A stretch of DNA of 63,153 nucleotides, the filler included. It is 7 parts of 7 records of this genome, joined end to end, with 100 filler letters (N's around TTAATTAATTAA, not from the genome) between each part and the next. Parts side by side here need not be neighbours in the genome. Positions count along the whole stretch, not along the records: positions 1 to 6,555 come from SRR20825010_3062; positions 6,656 to 31,754 come from SRR20825010_3064; 5 more parts are not named here. One strand, written 5' to 3'. The translations under genes and the position numbers were made by a program. The stretch's first letter is position 1. Each line of letters opens with the position of its first letter. Below the pieces are notes generated by a model. That model was not told the DNA's origin and made no database searches. It saw nothing but the letters and a program-made list of their open reading frames with translations. Shown one piece after another: positions 1-10,253 of this stretch.

Positions 1-561
1 GGCCTGAACGGCTGCCCGAACGCGCCAGCCGAAGACGCTGCAATGGCGACGGCGTCATCCGGCCTCAGCCTCGGCGCGCCGGTCGGCCATGACAGCCTGT
101 CGAGCGTCCCCGCCCCGGTGCTGAGCGCCATCGCCGCCGAAGCGCCGCAGTGCGATCCCCAATCCACCGCCGGCTATTCCTCCGCCTACGCCATCTCCGA
201 CGAGGAGACGCTCTGGCAGGTGCCGTGCAATCTCTACGCCTCGAGCGGTTCAAGCGTCTTTGCGGTGACCTGGGCCGGCTATCCCGATCACGCGACCATT
301 CTCCTGTTCCCCGCGCCTCCCGGCATGGACATGAATGATGACGCCGAGCTGTTGAACGCCAGCGTCGACCCGGCCAGCGCAACCGTCACCTCCTATTCAC
401 TCGATTCGGGCGGCGATTGCGGTTCGTTCAGCCGGTTTCAGCTGGTCGATGCCGAGGGGGAGACGGTTGAATACGTGCTGCGCGAATTCCGCGACAAACC
501 CGTCTGCGACGGCGTTCAGACCGATCCGGAAGCCTTTCCGCTGGTCTACCAGAATCCATGA
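1..561 (+). CDS. DUF1176-like protein, 5'-partial
   Basis: Frame open from base 1. Cys-containing motifs WQVPC...SSVF, LLNASVDP...TVTSYSL..GGDCGS resemble DUF1176. Confidence 0.6.
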   Translation, partial: GLNGCPNAPAEDAAMATASSGLSLGAPVGHDSLSSVPAPVLSAIAAEAPQCDPQSTAGYSSAYAISDEETLWQVPCNLYASSGSSVFAVTWAGYPDHATILLFPAPPGMDMNDDAELLNASVDPASATVTSYSLDSGGDCGSFSRFQLVDAEGETVEYVLREFRDKPVCDGVQTDPEAFPLVYQNP

Positions 562-584
562 GCCGGAGTGGCAGTGCCCGGGCT

Positions 585-1616
585 TCAGCCCATCCGCACC
601 ATGGTGCCTGTCTGCGATGAATGCGTGATCGCCTCGATCAGCGCCTGCACTTCAAGCGCCTCGCGCCCGGTGATGGCCGGAGCGCGGTTGTCCCGAATTG
701 CACTGGCGAAATCTTCAATCAATGCCTTGTGCCAGTCGCAGGGAAACGCCATCGGATCGGCGCCGCCGCCGGTCGCCGCCGGTTCGCCGGTCTCCACCCG
801 CCGTCCATCGCGCCAGTTGACCGTTAGCCGCCCCGCCTTGAGCACCGCCGTGGCAAGCGTGCCGTCAAGCGTGATCGATTCCGCCAAACCCGGGTAGCTC
901 GCCGTCGTCGCCACGATCGAGCCCACCGCCCCGGAGGCAAATCGGACGCCGGCGGTGGCGAAATCCTCGGCTTCCATCCGGTGCAGGCTGGTCGTGGCGC
1001 ACAGCGCCTGCACGGACGCGACAGGCCCGGCAAGATGCAGCATCAGGTCGAGCGTATGGATCGCCTGGCTGATCAGCACGCCGCCGCCGTCGCGCGCATA
1101 GGTGCCGCGCCCCGGCTGGTCGTAGTAATCCTGGCCACGCCACCAGGGCACCTCCACCCGCACCAGTCCGATTTCGCCCAGCGCGCCGGTTTCGACCAGG
1201 GTCCGCAAACGTCGAGATCCGGCCCGAAACCTGTGCTGCAGCACGATGCCCAAATGCACAGCGTGACGCTCGCAGATTTCGACCAGAGCTTGCGCCGCAG
1301 AAACCGTCCGCTCGACCGGCTTCTCCATCAGAATATGCTTGCCGGCTTTCGCTATCATCCCGACGATCTCCGCCCGTTGATCCGGCGGGGTGGCGATGAT
1401 CACGGCTTCCACCGAAGGATTGGTCGCGATCTCCTCGAGACTGTCGAAAATCCTGTAGCCGCGGGCCTGTGCGACCGTCTCGGACCTGGCCCGGCTGCGG
1501 TTGTAGACACCCGCAACCTCGACGCCGCAACCCGGATCCGACAGCGCGTCAAGATGCGGCCTGGTCGCCATGCCGAGGCCGATCAGCACAAGCCGCACGG
1601 GTCCCCTCGTCTCCAT
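585..1616 (-). CDS. Gfo/Idh/MocA family oxidoreductase
   Basis: LIGLG Rossmann start, IATPP, ILMEKP, GGGVLISQAIHTLD. Start moved to METRG (1616), which follows a purine-rich RBS. Confidence 0.92.
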   Translation of the reverse strand: METRGPVRLVLIGLGMATRPHLDALSDPGCGVEVAGVYNRSRARSETVAQARGYRIFDSLEEIATNPSVEAVIIATPPDQRAEIVGMIAKAGKHILMEKPVERTVSAAQALVEICERHAVHLGIVLQHRFRAGSRRLRTLVETGALGEIGLVRVEVPWWRGQDYYDQPGRGTYARDGGGVLISQAIHTLDLMLHLAGPVASVQALCATTSLHRMEAEDFATAGVRFASGAVGSIVATTASYPGLAESITLDGTLATAVLKAGRLTVNWRDGRRVETGEPAATGGGADPMAFPCDWHKALIEDFASAIRDNRAPAITGREALEVQALIEAITHSSQTGTMVRMG

Positions 1617-2006
1617 CAAACATCTCTCCCTCGATCGCTTCGGCATGCGTTGCCGCATTTGCCCGCCAAATGTAGACGGGTTGCGGGCCACCGGAAAGGC
1701 CGCAGCCATTTCACGCCCGTCGCCAATGGGCATTGTCCGCGATGGATCAGCCGCAATGGGCCGGACGCGGCGTCAACTCTCCCGGGCGCGTCCGGCGAAA
1801 CAAATTGCCCCCAAAATTCCAAGGCTTGTCGGATTGGAAAACCGGGTTTAAGAACGAAACCGGCACCAGCCAGAACGGCCTGCCTTCTGATCTCCGGACC
1901 GGTCAAGTCCAGGCAAATGCGGTGCTGTTCGGCGCCCTTTGCAGAGACAGCTTCGAAAATCACCGGGCGCTTTCACGCGGACTGGTCCCGATAGGACAGC
2001 AATCCC

Positions 2007-3254
2007 ATGCACGGAACCACGGCAACCGCCGTCAGCCCACCTGCGACCATCGGCGGAATTGGCCGCCCGCAATTCATCGCCATCATCGCCTCGCTGATGG
2101 CGCTCAATGCGGTGGCCATCGACATCATGCTGCCAGCGTTTCCGAACATATCGGGCAGCTACGGCATCACCGACGCCAACCTGGTTCAGCACATCCTGCT
2201 GTCCTATGTCATCGGCTTCGGCCTGGCGCAGCTGTTCTTCGGACCGGTGTCCGATCGCTACGGCCGCCGCGCCCCCTTGTTCGTCGGTATCGCGCTCTAT
2301 GCCGTCTGCGCGGTCGCCGGCGGCTTCGCCCCGAGTTTCGAGTTTCTTCTGGTGTCGCGGTTCCTGCAGGGCGTCGGCGCGGCGGCAACCCGCGTCATTG
2401 CCATCTCCGTTGTCCGCGACACCCATTCGGGCCGCGGCATGGCCGCCACCATGTCGCTGGTGATGATGGTTTTCATGGTGGTGCCGGTGTTCGCGCCGAT
2501 GATCGGACAGGTGATGATCCTGGTCGGCGACTGGCACCTGATCTTCATCTTCATGGCCTTTGTCTCGCTCGTGGTCGGCGCCTGGGCTCTGTTTCGCCTG
2601 CCCGAAACCCTGCATGAGGAAAACCGCCGCCCGCTGACCGTGAAAAGCATCAGTCAGGCTTTCGCCATCGTGCTGTCGAACCGGATCGCGCTGTTTTACA
2701 CGCTGGCGACGAGCTTCTATTTCGGCTCGCTGTTCGGCTTTCTCAACGTGGCGCAGCCGATCTATGTCGACATTTATGGCCTGGGCTCCTATTTCCCGCT
2801 CGCTTTCGCGGCGGTAGCCGTTGTCATGGCCGGATCGTCTTTCCTCAACTCACGTCTCGTCGGCCGGTTCGGTCAGCGGCGTCTGTCCCATGGCGCGCTG
2901 ATCGCCTATTTCTGCCTTTCGCTGCTGCTCGCCGGGCTGACTGCGATGGGGCCGATCCCGTTCTGGGTGTTCTTCGGGATTTCCATGCTGATGATGCCGC
3001 TGTTCGGATTTGTCGGCTCAAATTTCAATTCGATCGCCATGGAGCCGCTCGGCGCCATCGCCGGCACCGCGTCGTCGACGCTGGGCTTTGCCCAGACCGT
3101 CGGCGGAGGAATTGTCGGCGCGCTGATCGGCCAGGCCTATGACGGCACGGTCTTCCCGCTGGCAGCAGGCTACGCCCTGGTCTCCGCGGTGGCGGTGGCG
3201 ATGGTGCTCATCGCCGAGAAGGGCCGGTTGTTCGGCGTCGGGACTCCGGACTGA
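2007..3254 (+). CDS. Bcr/CflA family multidrug efflux MFS transporter
   Basis: About 12 hydrophobic segments, AIDIMLPAFP, motif A GPVSDRYGRR, LPETL. Confidence 0.92.
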   Translation: MHGTTATAVSPPATIGGIGRPQFIAIIASLMALNAVAIDIMLPAFPNISGSYGITDANLVQHILLSYVIGFGLAQLFFGPVSDRYGRRAPLFVGIALYAVCAVAGGFAPSFEFLLVSRFLQGVGAAATRVIAISVVRDTHSGRGMAATMSLVMMVFMVVPVFAPMIGQVMILVGDWHLIFIFMAFVSLVVGAWALFRLPETLHEENRRPLTVKSISQAFAIVLSNRIALFYTLATSFYFGSLFGFLNVAQPIYVDIYGLGSYFPLAFAAVAVVMAGSSFLNSRLVGRFGQRRLSHGALIAYFCLSLLLAGLTAMGPIPFWVFFGISMLMMPLFGFVGSNFNSIAMEPLGAIAGTASSTLGFAQTVGGGIVGALIGQAYDGTVFPLAAGYALVSAVAVAMVLIAEKGRLFGVGTPD

Positions 3255-3266
3255 CCTGAACTTGGC

Positions 3267-4103
3267 TCACGCCCGCCACAGGGCTTCGCGCACCAGGTTC
3301 CAGCTGTCGATGTCGGTGGTGGCCAGCACGCCGCCATCGAGATGCTCCGGCCGGTAGACACTGCCGTCGAAACGGCGGACATAGCCGCCTGCCTCGCTCG
3401 TGATCAGGCTTCCGGCCAGGTGGTCCCAGGGCATCAGCTTGTTGTAGAGCGCAAAGTGGATGTGGCCGCCGGCAAGCAGCCGGTATTCCTGTGCCGCGCA
3501 GCGGTAGGCGACGCTGCCGAGGCAAAGCGCCTGGTTGCCGGCGATCCTGCTGCGCTCCGGCTCCGGCATGTATTGCCAGGACGCCGAACCGATCATCCGG
3601 CTGACCCCGCCCGCGGGCTCGGCAACCTTGAGCGCGCTCTCGCGTCCGTCAAGCCGGCGCAGGATCGCGCCGCCGCCCTTCTCCGCCATGATCCAGTCCT
3701 GGCCGACCGGATCGTGAATGATCCCGGCGATCGTCTCGCCGGCGTCCACCACCGCAAGCATGACGCCGAAGGACGCCACCCCGGAGGCGAAATTGAAAGT
3801 CCCGTCGATCGGATCGACGACAAAGGCCAGCCTGTCCGATGTGCTCCAGCCATCGAGCAGCGCCGGGTTCTCCGACACTGCCTCCTCGCCGATCACCAGG
3901 CAGCCGGGAAACCGCTCAAGCAGCGCCTCCGTGATCACCCGCTCGGCATTGACGTCGGCTTCGGTGACCAGGTCGGCGGCAGAGGTCTTCTGCTGGACCG
4001 CGCCGTCGCCGAGATTGCGGAACCGCGGCATGATTTCCGCCGTGCCGACGTCCAGCAGCAGCGCCGCCAGCCAGTCCATGTCCGCCGAATCGAGAGTACT
4101 CAT
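3267..4103 (-). CDS. Inositol monophosphatase family protein
   Basis: [22 protein letters not shown] and WDHLAG signatures. Confidence 0.93.
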   Translation of the reverse strand: MSTLDSADMDWLAALLLDVGTAEIMPRFRNLGDGAVQQKTSAADLVTEADVNAERVITEALLERFPGCLVIGEEAVSENPALLDGWSTSDRLAFVVDPIDGTFNFASGVASFGVMLAVVDAGETIAGIIHDPVGQDWIMAEKGGGAILRRLDGRESALKVAEPAGGVSRMIGSASWQYMPEPERSRIAGNQALCLGSVAYRCAAQEYRLLAGGHIHFALYNKLMPWDHLAGSLITSEAGGYVRRFDGSVYRPEHLDGGVLATTDIDSWNLVREALWRA

Positions 4104-5044
4104 GTGTCCGCCTTGCTGGGTTGAACGATAAGTGCTGCAAAATCAAACAGCGATCTGTCGAGCAGATGTGAGGGCCGCGTGTTGGACAGAGCTCGGATCA
4201 TGGATTCCTTGCGGCCGGGCATCCGCCGCTCGATGTCGCCGATCATTGCTTTCATGGCGTTGCGCTGCAAACCGTCCTGCGAGCCGCACAGGTCGCAAGG
4301 GATGATCGGAAACTTCAGCGCTTCGGCAAAGCGCGCCAGGTCCTCTTCCGCGCAATAGGCCATCGGCCGGAGCACCATCACGTCGCCGTCGTCATTGATG
4401 AGCTTTGGCGGCATTGCTTCCAGCCGCCCGCCATGGAAGAAATTGAGAAAGAAGGTCTCGAGAATGTCGTCGCGGTGATGGCCGAGCACCAGCGCCTCGC
4501 AGCCTTCCTCCCGCGCGATGCGGTAGAGATTGCCGCGCCTCAGCCGCGAGCACAGCGCGCAATAGGTGGCGCCTTCAGGCACCTTCGACGTCACCACCGA
4601 ATAGGTGTCGCGGTACTCAATCCGGTGCGGCACGCCGTGGGCGCTCAGATAGTCGGGCAGGATGTGTTTCGGGAAATTCGGCTGGCCCTGGTCGAGATTG
4701 CAGGCGATCAGGTCGACCGGCAGCATGCCGCGCCATTGCAGGTCCATCAAAAGCGCCAAGAGCCCGTAGGAATCCTTGCCGCCCGAAAGCGCCACCAGCC
4801 AGCGCGGCCGCTTCGATGTCGCGCCATCGGCAGCGGACACCATGGAAAAATCCTCGATCGCCTGGCGCACATTGCGGATCAGCCGCTTTCGCAGCTTGTT
4901 GAACGACACGCTCGACGGCGCCTCCGCATAGAGCGACGGGCCGGCGCTCGCAGCGTCGTCGGAACCACCTGTCTCGAGGCCGGCCCCCCGCACGGTATCG
5001 TTTTCGGCGTCCGGCGCGCCCGCGGTCAGAAGTGTCTCGCTCAT
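4100..5044 (-). CDS. ttcA: tRNA 2-thiocytidine(32) synthetase
   Basis: PP-loop [35 protein letters not shown]. Confidence 0.96.
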   Translation of the reverse strand: MSETLLTAGAPDAENDTVRGAGLETGGSDDAASAGPSLYAEAPSSVSFNKLRKRLIRNVRQAIEDFSMVSAADGATSKRPRWLVALSGGKDSYGLLALLMDLQWRGMLPVDLIACNLDQGQPNFPKHILPDYLSAHGVPHRIEYRDTYSVVTSKVPEGATYCALCSRLRRGNLYRIAREEGCEALVLGHHRDDILETFFLNFFHGGRLEAMPPKLINDDGDVMVLRPMAYCAEEDLARFAEALKFPIIPCDLCGSQDGLQRNAMKAMIGDIERRMPGRKESMIRALSNTRPSHLLDRSLFDFAALIVQPSKADT

Positions 5045-5075
5045 GCCACCGGGATGATGGCTTTAACCGGTTCCG

Positions 5076-6005
5076 TCAAGCCCCGAACACCGACCATTCC
5101 ATCCGCTTCGCCAATTGTTCGAGCGCGAGCGTACCGAGTTTGGAATTGCCGACCGTATCGAGCCCCGGCGACCACACGGCAATCGAGGCCTTGTCGGGAG
5201 CAATCGCCAGGATACCCCCGCCGACGCCGCTCTTGCCCGGCAGGCCTACCCGGTAGGCGAACTCGCCCGAGCCGTCATAATGCCCGCACATCAGCATGAT
5301 GGCGTTGATCCGTCGCGCCCGCTGCGGCGGCACCACCTGTGCACCGGTCAACGGGTTCTGCCCCTGGCTTGCCAGGAACAGCCCGGCCCGGGCCATTTGC
5401 CGGCAATTCATGGCTATGGCGCACTGGTGGAAATACACCCCCAGCACGTGATCGACCGGATGCGCGATCGAGCCGAACGACCGCATGAAATGCGCCAGCG
5501 ACGCGTTGCGGTCGCCATGTTCGGTCTCCGACCGCGCCACCCGCTCGTCGATTCTGATCGCATCGTCATCGGCCAGATAGCGCATGAACCGGACGATCTC
5601 GCCGATCGCCTCACGCGGCTGGTGGCCCGCGAGGATCAGGTCGGCCAGCACGATGGCGCCGGCATTGATGAACGGGTTGCGCGGCCGCCCCTTCTCCTGC
5701 TCCAGCTGGACAATCGAGTTGAACGGGTTGCCGGAAGGTTCGCGCCCGACCCGGGCCCAGAGCGCATCGCCGAGCTTGCCCAGCGCCAGCGACAGCGTGA
5801 AGACCTTCGACACGCTCTGGATCGAGAACGCGGTATCGGCGTCCCCCGCGCAGAAGACCTGTCCGTCAGGCAGCGCCACCGCGATGCCGAACTGGCCCGG
5901 ATCCACCTTGGCAAGCTCCGGAATATACTGCGCCACCATGCCCCGGTCTGAGGCCAGCGCCGCTTCAACGGCGATTTCGTCAAGCACTTGCTGAAGATCG
6001 GTCAT
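5076..6005 (-). CDS. glsA: Glutaminase
   Basis: [44 protein letters not shown]. Confidence 0.96.
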   Translation of the reverse strand: MTDLQQVLDEIAVEAALASDRGMVAQYIPELAKVDPGQFGIAVALPDGQVFCAGDADTAFSIQSVSKVFTLSLALGKLGDALWARVGREPSGNPFNSIVQLEQEKGRPRNPFINAGAIVLADLILAGHQPREAIGEIVRFMRYLADDDAIRIDERVARSETEHGDRNASLAHFMRSFGSIAHPVDHVLGVYFHQCAIAMNCRQMARAGLFLASQGQNPLTGAQVVPPQRARRINAIMLMCGHYDGSGEFAYRVGLPGKSGVGGGILAIAPDKASIAVWSPGLDTVGNSKLGTLALEQLAKRMEWSVFGA

Positions 6006-6049
6006 ACCCTGCCTCCCGGCACACCATGGGGACGATTATCCCGGACACG

Positions 6050-6075
6050 AAAAGGCCGCCCCGAAGGGCGGCCCT
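6050..6075 (-). terminator. Rho-independent terminator downstream of rpsD
   Basis: Minus strand GGGCCGCCC-TTCG-GGGCGGCC followed by TTTT. Confidence 0.8.
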
Positions 6076-6101
6076 GATCTGGCGCAATCCGAAAAAACGG
6101 A

Positions 6102-6554
6102 TCAGCGCGAATAGAATTCGACGACCAGGTTCGGTTCCATCACGACGGCGTAAGGAACGTCCGACAGGGCCGGCACGCGAACGAAGGTGGCAGCCATCTT
6201 GTGGTGATCGGCTTCCACGTATTCGGGAACGTCACGCTCGGCCAGCTGCGAGGCTTCGATGACGAAGGCCAGCTGCTTGGACTTTTCCTTGACCGCGATA
6301 ACATCGCCCGGCTTGCAGCGGTACGAACCGATGTTTACGCGCTTGCCGTTGACGGTGACGTGGCCATGGTTGACGAACTGGCGGGCTGCAAAGATCGTTG
6401 CAACGAACTTGGCGCGGTAGACGATGGCGTCCAGACGCGATTCCAAGAGGCCGATCAGGTTTTCAGGCGTATCGCCCTTCATCCGGTTGGCTTCGTCGTA
6501 GATCTTGCGGAACTGCTTTTCCGAGATATCGCCGTAGTAGCCCTTCAGCTTCTG
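6102..6554 (-). CDS. rpsD: 30S ribosomal protein S4, 5'-partial
   Basis: QKLKGYYG...[26 protein letters not shown], ends VVEFYSR. Runs into the spacer. Confidence 0.97.
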   Translation of the reverse strand, partial: QKLKGYYGDISEKQFRKIYDEANRMKGDTPENLIGLLESRLDAIVYRAKFVATIFAARQFVNHGHVTVNGKRVNIGSYRCKPGDVIAVKEKSKQLAFVIEASQLAERDVPEYVEADHHKMAATFVRVPALSDVPYAVVMEPNLVVEFYSR

Positions 6555-6555
6555 C

Positions 6556-6655
6556 NNNNNNNNNNNNNNNNNNNNNNNNNNNNNNNNNNNNNNNNNNNNT
6601 TAATTAATTAANNNNNNNNNNNNNNNNNNNNNNNNNNNNNNNNNNNNNNNNNNNN
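6556..6655. other. Artificial contig spacer (N-run with TTAATTAATTAA)
   Basis: 100 nt. The same linker occurs six times and genes are truncated on both sides. Confidence 0.98.
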
Positions 6656-6656
6656 G

Positions 6657-7025
6657 GGCTTCGGCTCGCTCGGCCTGATGACCTCCGTTCTGATGACCCC
6701 GGACGGGAAGACGGTCGAAGCGGAAGCCGCCCACGGCACCGTGACCCGTCACTTCCGCCAGCATCAGCAGGGCAAGGAAACCTCGACCAACCCGATCGCC
6801 TCGATCTTTGCCTGGAGCCGTGGCCTCGCCTACCGCGCCAAGTTCGACGAGACGCCGGAAGTCGCGAAGTTCGCCGAAGCTCTGGAAAAAGTCTGCGTCG
6901 ACACGGTCGAAGCCGGCGACATGACCAAGGATCTGGCGCTGCTGATCAGCCCGGACCAGCCCTGGCTCACCACCCAGCAGTTCCTGTCCAAACTGGACGA
7001 GAACCTGCAGAAGGCGATGGGCTAA
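6657..7025 (+). CDS. icd: NADP-dependent isocitrate dehydrogenase, 3' part
   Basis: [42 protein letters not shown]. Confidence 0.96.
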   Translation, partial: GFGSLGLMTSVLMTPDGKTVEAEAAHGTVTRHFRQHQQGKETSTNPIASIFAWSRGLAYRAKFDETPEVAKFAEALEKVCVDTVEAGDMTKDLALLISPDQPWLTTQQFLSKLDENLQKAMG

Positions 7026-7048
7026 CAGATATCCGGCGAATGTCGGTT

Positions 7049-7077
7049 AAGCGGGCCGCCTTCGGGCGGCCCGTTTT
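7049..7077 (+). terminator. Rho-independent terminator after icd
   Basis: GCGGGCCGCC-TTCG-GGCGGCCCGT followed by T-rich tail. Confidence 0.85.
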
Positions 7078-7168
7078 CGTTTCAGGCAAAGGACGAATTG
7101 ATTCGATCATCATAGCCGAACGTATTATCCGTAATTCACAATCAGTAATTGCTTTACGGAAATGAACT

Positions 7169-7402
7169 ATGGCGCGAGTTGCTAAGATAGAGCGGACAAG
7201 ATTAGAACGGAACTCAGTGCATGCCCCGGTAGAATGCACCTACACAGTTTTCGACAGTTCTGATGGGAAAAGGTATCTACAATTCGATACTTACGGCTCA
7301 CCTAGGCGAGCCCTGCAGGGCAAAAAAAGCCAATCTATTCAGTTTGATAAAGAGTCAGCTAAAGCCGTCTTTAAAATTTTAAAATCGGAGTATAATTTTT
7401 AG
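7169..7402 (+). CDS. Small conserved-looking protein of unknown function (77 aa) on a low-GC islet
   Basis: AT-rich ORF with motif LQFDTYGS..R...GKKSQSIQFD. I recall this family carrying a spurious 'methionyl-tRNA formyltransferase' label; it is far too short for Fmt. Confidence 0.75.
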   Translation: MARVAKIERTRLERNSVHAPVECTYTVFDSSDGKRYLQFDTYGSPRRALQGKKSQSIQFDKESAKAVFKILKSEYNF

Positions 7403-7490
7403 TAAAACAGGCAAATAGCAGCGGCTAACCCCAGTTTTGGCTCGGGCAATTTCTGTATAAACGTCTGTTACCTAATTATTGAGCGTCCAC

Positions 7491-7841
7491 ATGGATTTCT
7501 ATCATATTTACTGCGACCTGAAGCCGGGCGTGTCGGACATGGAGTTCGCAGAGTCCGTGCAGAGCTATTTCGCGCATCTGAAGCAGGAAGGCCTGATCGA
7601 AGACTCCCGGATCACCCGGCGCAAACTCGGGCTCGGCCCCGCCGACGGGACTGAATTCCATATGTGGCTGGAAACCCGCGACCTGGCACAGCTCGATGCC
7701 GCCTTCACCCATGTCTCGACCCGGGCCGAGCCGGTCGAGAGCTTTCATCATGCGGTGAACTCTAAGGTCCAGAACGTGCGTTTCACGCTGTACCGGGATT
7801 TTCCGGACCCGCAGCGCCAGCGTGGCGAGGAGCGGTTCTGA
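7491..7841 (+). CDS. DUF6614-like protein
   Basis: MDFYHIYCDLKPGVSD, ITRRKLGLG, EFH, LYRDFPD. High-GC3 codon usage. Confidence 0.7.
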   Translation: MDFYHIYCDLKPGVSDMEFAESVQSYFAHLKQEGLIEDSRITRRKLGLGPADGTEFHMWLETRDLAQLDAAFTHVSTRAEPVESFHHAVNSKVQNVRFTLYRDFPDPQRQRGEERF

Positions 7842-7868
7842 TCCACTCCCGCCCCGCTTTGTCCGTGC

Positions 7869-10193
7869 TTATCGATAGACGTAGATAGGACTGGTCCAGG
7901 CCCGCGTACCGTCTTCCTGCTCGACCCGGATATAGATCGGGTTATCGCCTTCCGGTTTCAGCGCGATCTTCCGCGTGAACGAGAAGGAGGTGTGCGGGTT
8001 GACGTCGGGCAGGCGGTAAAGTTTCAGGAAACGCGGCAGCTCGCCCGAAGCGTCCAGCACGGTGTCTTCCAGACCGATCTTTGCGATATCGAGGTCATCA
8101 CTGATCAGCGGTGTTTTCAGCGAGAGCGTACCGGAGGCCGCGTCCTTGAGATAAAGGTCGGCGCCGCCGAAATTGCCCGTGGTCAGGGCCTTCCAGGTCA
8201 GCTCCGTCCCGCTCACCTGATCCAGCGTTTTGTCCCGGTTGAAGAAATTGACGGGGACCGCCTTCTCCAGACTGTTACCATCAAGCGTGGCCGTTCCGTC
8301 CCAGATCACTTCCCGGAACCGGCCGCGATATTCCGCGCCTTCCCAATGCAGGCGAAGACGCGCGCCGAGATCCTCTTCACCATAGGGCCGGACGGTTTCG
8401 ATCAGATCGAGCCCATTGAAGATATCCACCCGGATGATCGGGGAATTGGTGTCGATGGAGACGGACAGCCCCATACCGCCATCCGGCAGATTGACGATAT
8501 CCCCCATGGTCGCGGAACGGGTCGCCACAGACGTGCTGTCCAGCAGCGCCGGGTCGTCGTGATACAGCGTCCCCTCGCCCTCGAACGCGGCATCCATGCG
8601 CAGGACCATGCGTCCGCCATCGCCGCCGGTGGTTCCGTAATGACGCCGCTTGCGCATGCAATCGAGCAGCGCGGCACGGCTCAGCTCCGCCGTGCTGAAA
8701 CAGGTCAACCCGCCGATGGCGCCAAACTTGCCCGCGCCAGGATAACTTGCGCCCGGACGCCCCTTGTGCCCATCCGAATTGCACACCACGCCAACCCGGT
8801 AGCCCAGCTTGAAGGCGTCATGCAGCAACCACTCAAACGTGCCCCAGGAAGAATGCACCTCGACCGATTTCTCGAAACGGCCGTCGTGGGCAACGCCAAT
8901 ATCGGCATAGCGGCCACCGCAATGGGCGTAGCAGACGACGTCGAATTCCCCATTTTCGGCAAAGGCCTCGAACAGCTCACCCGCCGTCGTGCAATCGGTA
9001 TCGGCGGTCGTCTGGTCTTCGATCAGGGCATGGGATGACCGGCGGATGATCCGCCCTTCATTCTGAAAATAGACATTACGATCACCACCGAGTGCAGTGT
9101 TGCCGGACCATTCATATCCTGGCATCGCAACGAATCTGCCCGGCGCATCGAATTCAGCCGTGATCCGGTTCAGCTCGGCCCAGAACTCATCAGAAATCTG
9201 AAAATCGTTACCCTGATGTCCGCAGGCATCGACCCAGGCCCGGTCCCGCGCGAAAGCGAAATATTCCCGCGCGCTGCCGGTTCCGATGGTCTCCTCGGAC
9301 TGGCCGTGCATGTCGCCCCAGAAATGGACAAGATCGCGGTCCTCGATGATGAGGGGATTCGTGCGTGCGATCACTGCACCATCCGCATTCTTCACCGTAA
9401 CGGACACACGGCCCGGCGCGCTCACGGACAGGCCGGGGACTTCCAGGCTGAAGGCGCCTTCCTCGAACGCCACCACATCCGGTAAGCCTTCAAGTGCCCC
9501 CTCGGCCTCAAGGAAAACCTTCCCTGAACACCGGTCCGACGGATTTCCCCATTTGTCCTGCCCCTTGATCTTCAGGGAGAAGGTCTCTCCCGGACGGCGC
9601 AGGGTCGGGAGTGCGGCGGAGTAGCTTTCCGGCATGCCGGGCACGATCGTAATCTGAGGCTGCACCGGCAGCGTCTGGAAATTGAAGGTTGCGATCGGGT
9701 CCACCAGAACCCGGAATTCAAAGCTTTCCTCGCAGAAAGTCTGCAGCCGCATTCCCGGGCCGCCATGGTCGGTCACGCCGAAGCGGATGGTGATCGTGTC
9801 ACCTTCTTCCAGGAAGCCCTTCACGACCTTGATCCAGAGCGTCCGGTCCCACGGCCGGACATTGCCCTTGGGATCCCAGCGCAATTGCAGAACGGCGCCG
9901 TTCGAGGCCTCCACGGTGCAATAGTTCGCGGCTTTCGGATCGTCGAACTGCGGGTTGCCCTGGTCGGATGCGAAACGGAAGCAGACCCGGAGGCTGCCGG
10001 AATCGTCGATCCCGAAGGTTCCCGCCGTATAGAGGAGCGTGAAGCTGGCATAGGTTCCTGCCTCGAACCGGCCGCTCGGCGTGATCTCGGCATGCCCGAG
10101 AGCGGATGGCGCGATCGGAGCACGCATCACGCCGCTATTCATGTCCTGCCAGGGACGGTCTTCGCGTCCGGTCATCGATGTTTGCTTGGTCAT
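7869..10193 (-). CDS. DUF3604 / PHP-like metallohydrolase
   Basis: 774 aa with WGDMHGQSEET, GHQGND, PGYEWSG, CNSDGHKG, RRHYGTTG and C-terminal YIRVEQEDG..AWTSPI. No signal peptide. Confidence 0.8.
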   Translation of the reverse strand: MTKQTSMTGREDRPWQDMNSGVMRAPIAPSALGHAEITPSGRFEAGTYASFTLLYTAGTFGIDDSGSLRVCFRFASDQGNPQFDDPKAANYCTVEASNGAVLQLRWDPKGNVRPWDRTLWIKVVKGFLEEGDTITIRFGVTDHGGPGMRLQTFCEESFEFRVLVDPIATFNFQTLPVQPQITIVPGMPESYSAALPTLRRPGETFSLKIKGQDKWGNPSDRCSGKVFLEAEGALEGLPDVVAFEEGAFSLEVPGLSVSAPGRVSVTVKNADGAVIARTNPLIIEDRDLVHFWGDMHGQSEETIGTGSAREYFAFARDRAWVDACGHQGNDFQISDEFWAELNRITAEFDAPGRFVAMPGYEWSGNTALGGDRNVYFQNEGRIIRRSSHALIEDQTTADTDCTTAGELFEAFAENGEFDVVCYAHCGGRYADIGVAHDGRFEKSVEVHSSWGTFEWLLHDAFKLGYRVGVVCNSDGHKGRPGASYPGAGKFGAIGGLTCFSTAELSRAALLDCMRKRRHYGTTGGDGGRMVLRMDAAFEGEGTLYHDDPALLDSTSVATRSATMGDIVNLPDGGMGLSVSIDTNSPIIRVDIFNGLDLIETVRPYGEEDLGARLRLHWEGAEYRGRFREVIWDGTATLDGNSLEKAVPVNFFNRDKTLDQVSGTELTWKALTTGNFGGADLYLKDAASGTLSLKTPLISDDLDIAKIGLEDTVLDASGELPRFLKLYRLPDVNPHTSFSFTRKIALKPEGDNPIYIRVEQEDGTRAWTSPIYVYR

Positions 10194-10253
10194 GGAAAGC
10201 CTTCTTGATTGTCTCTCCCGAAAGAGAGGTTCGTTTCAAATCGCGTTTTGCGC

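Noticed and set aside
6556-6655. Recurring TTAATTAATTAA within N-runs (six copies) as a biological repeat or CRISPR-like array
   Set aside because: Identical 100-nt artificial linker with stops in all frames joining unrelated contigs.
7026-7490. Prophage or integrative element at the icd 3' end
   Set aside because: No integrase, attR duplication or phage genes. Only a one-gene islet, reported as a finding.
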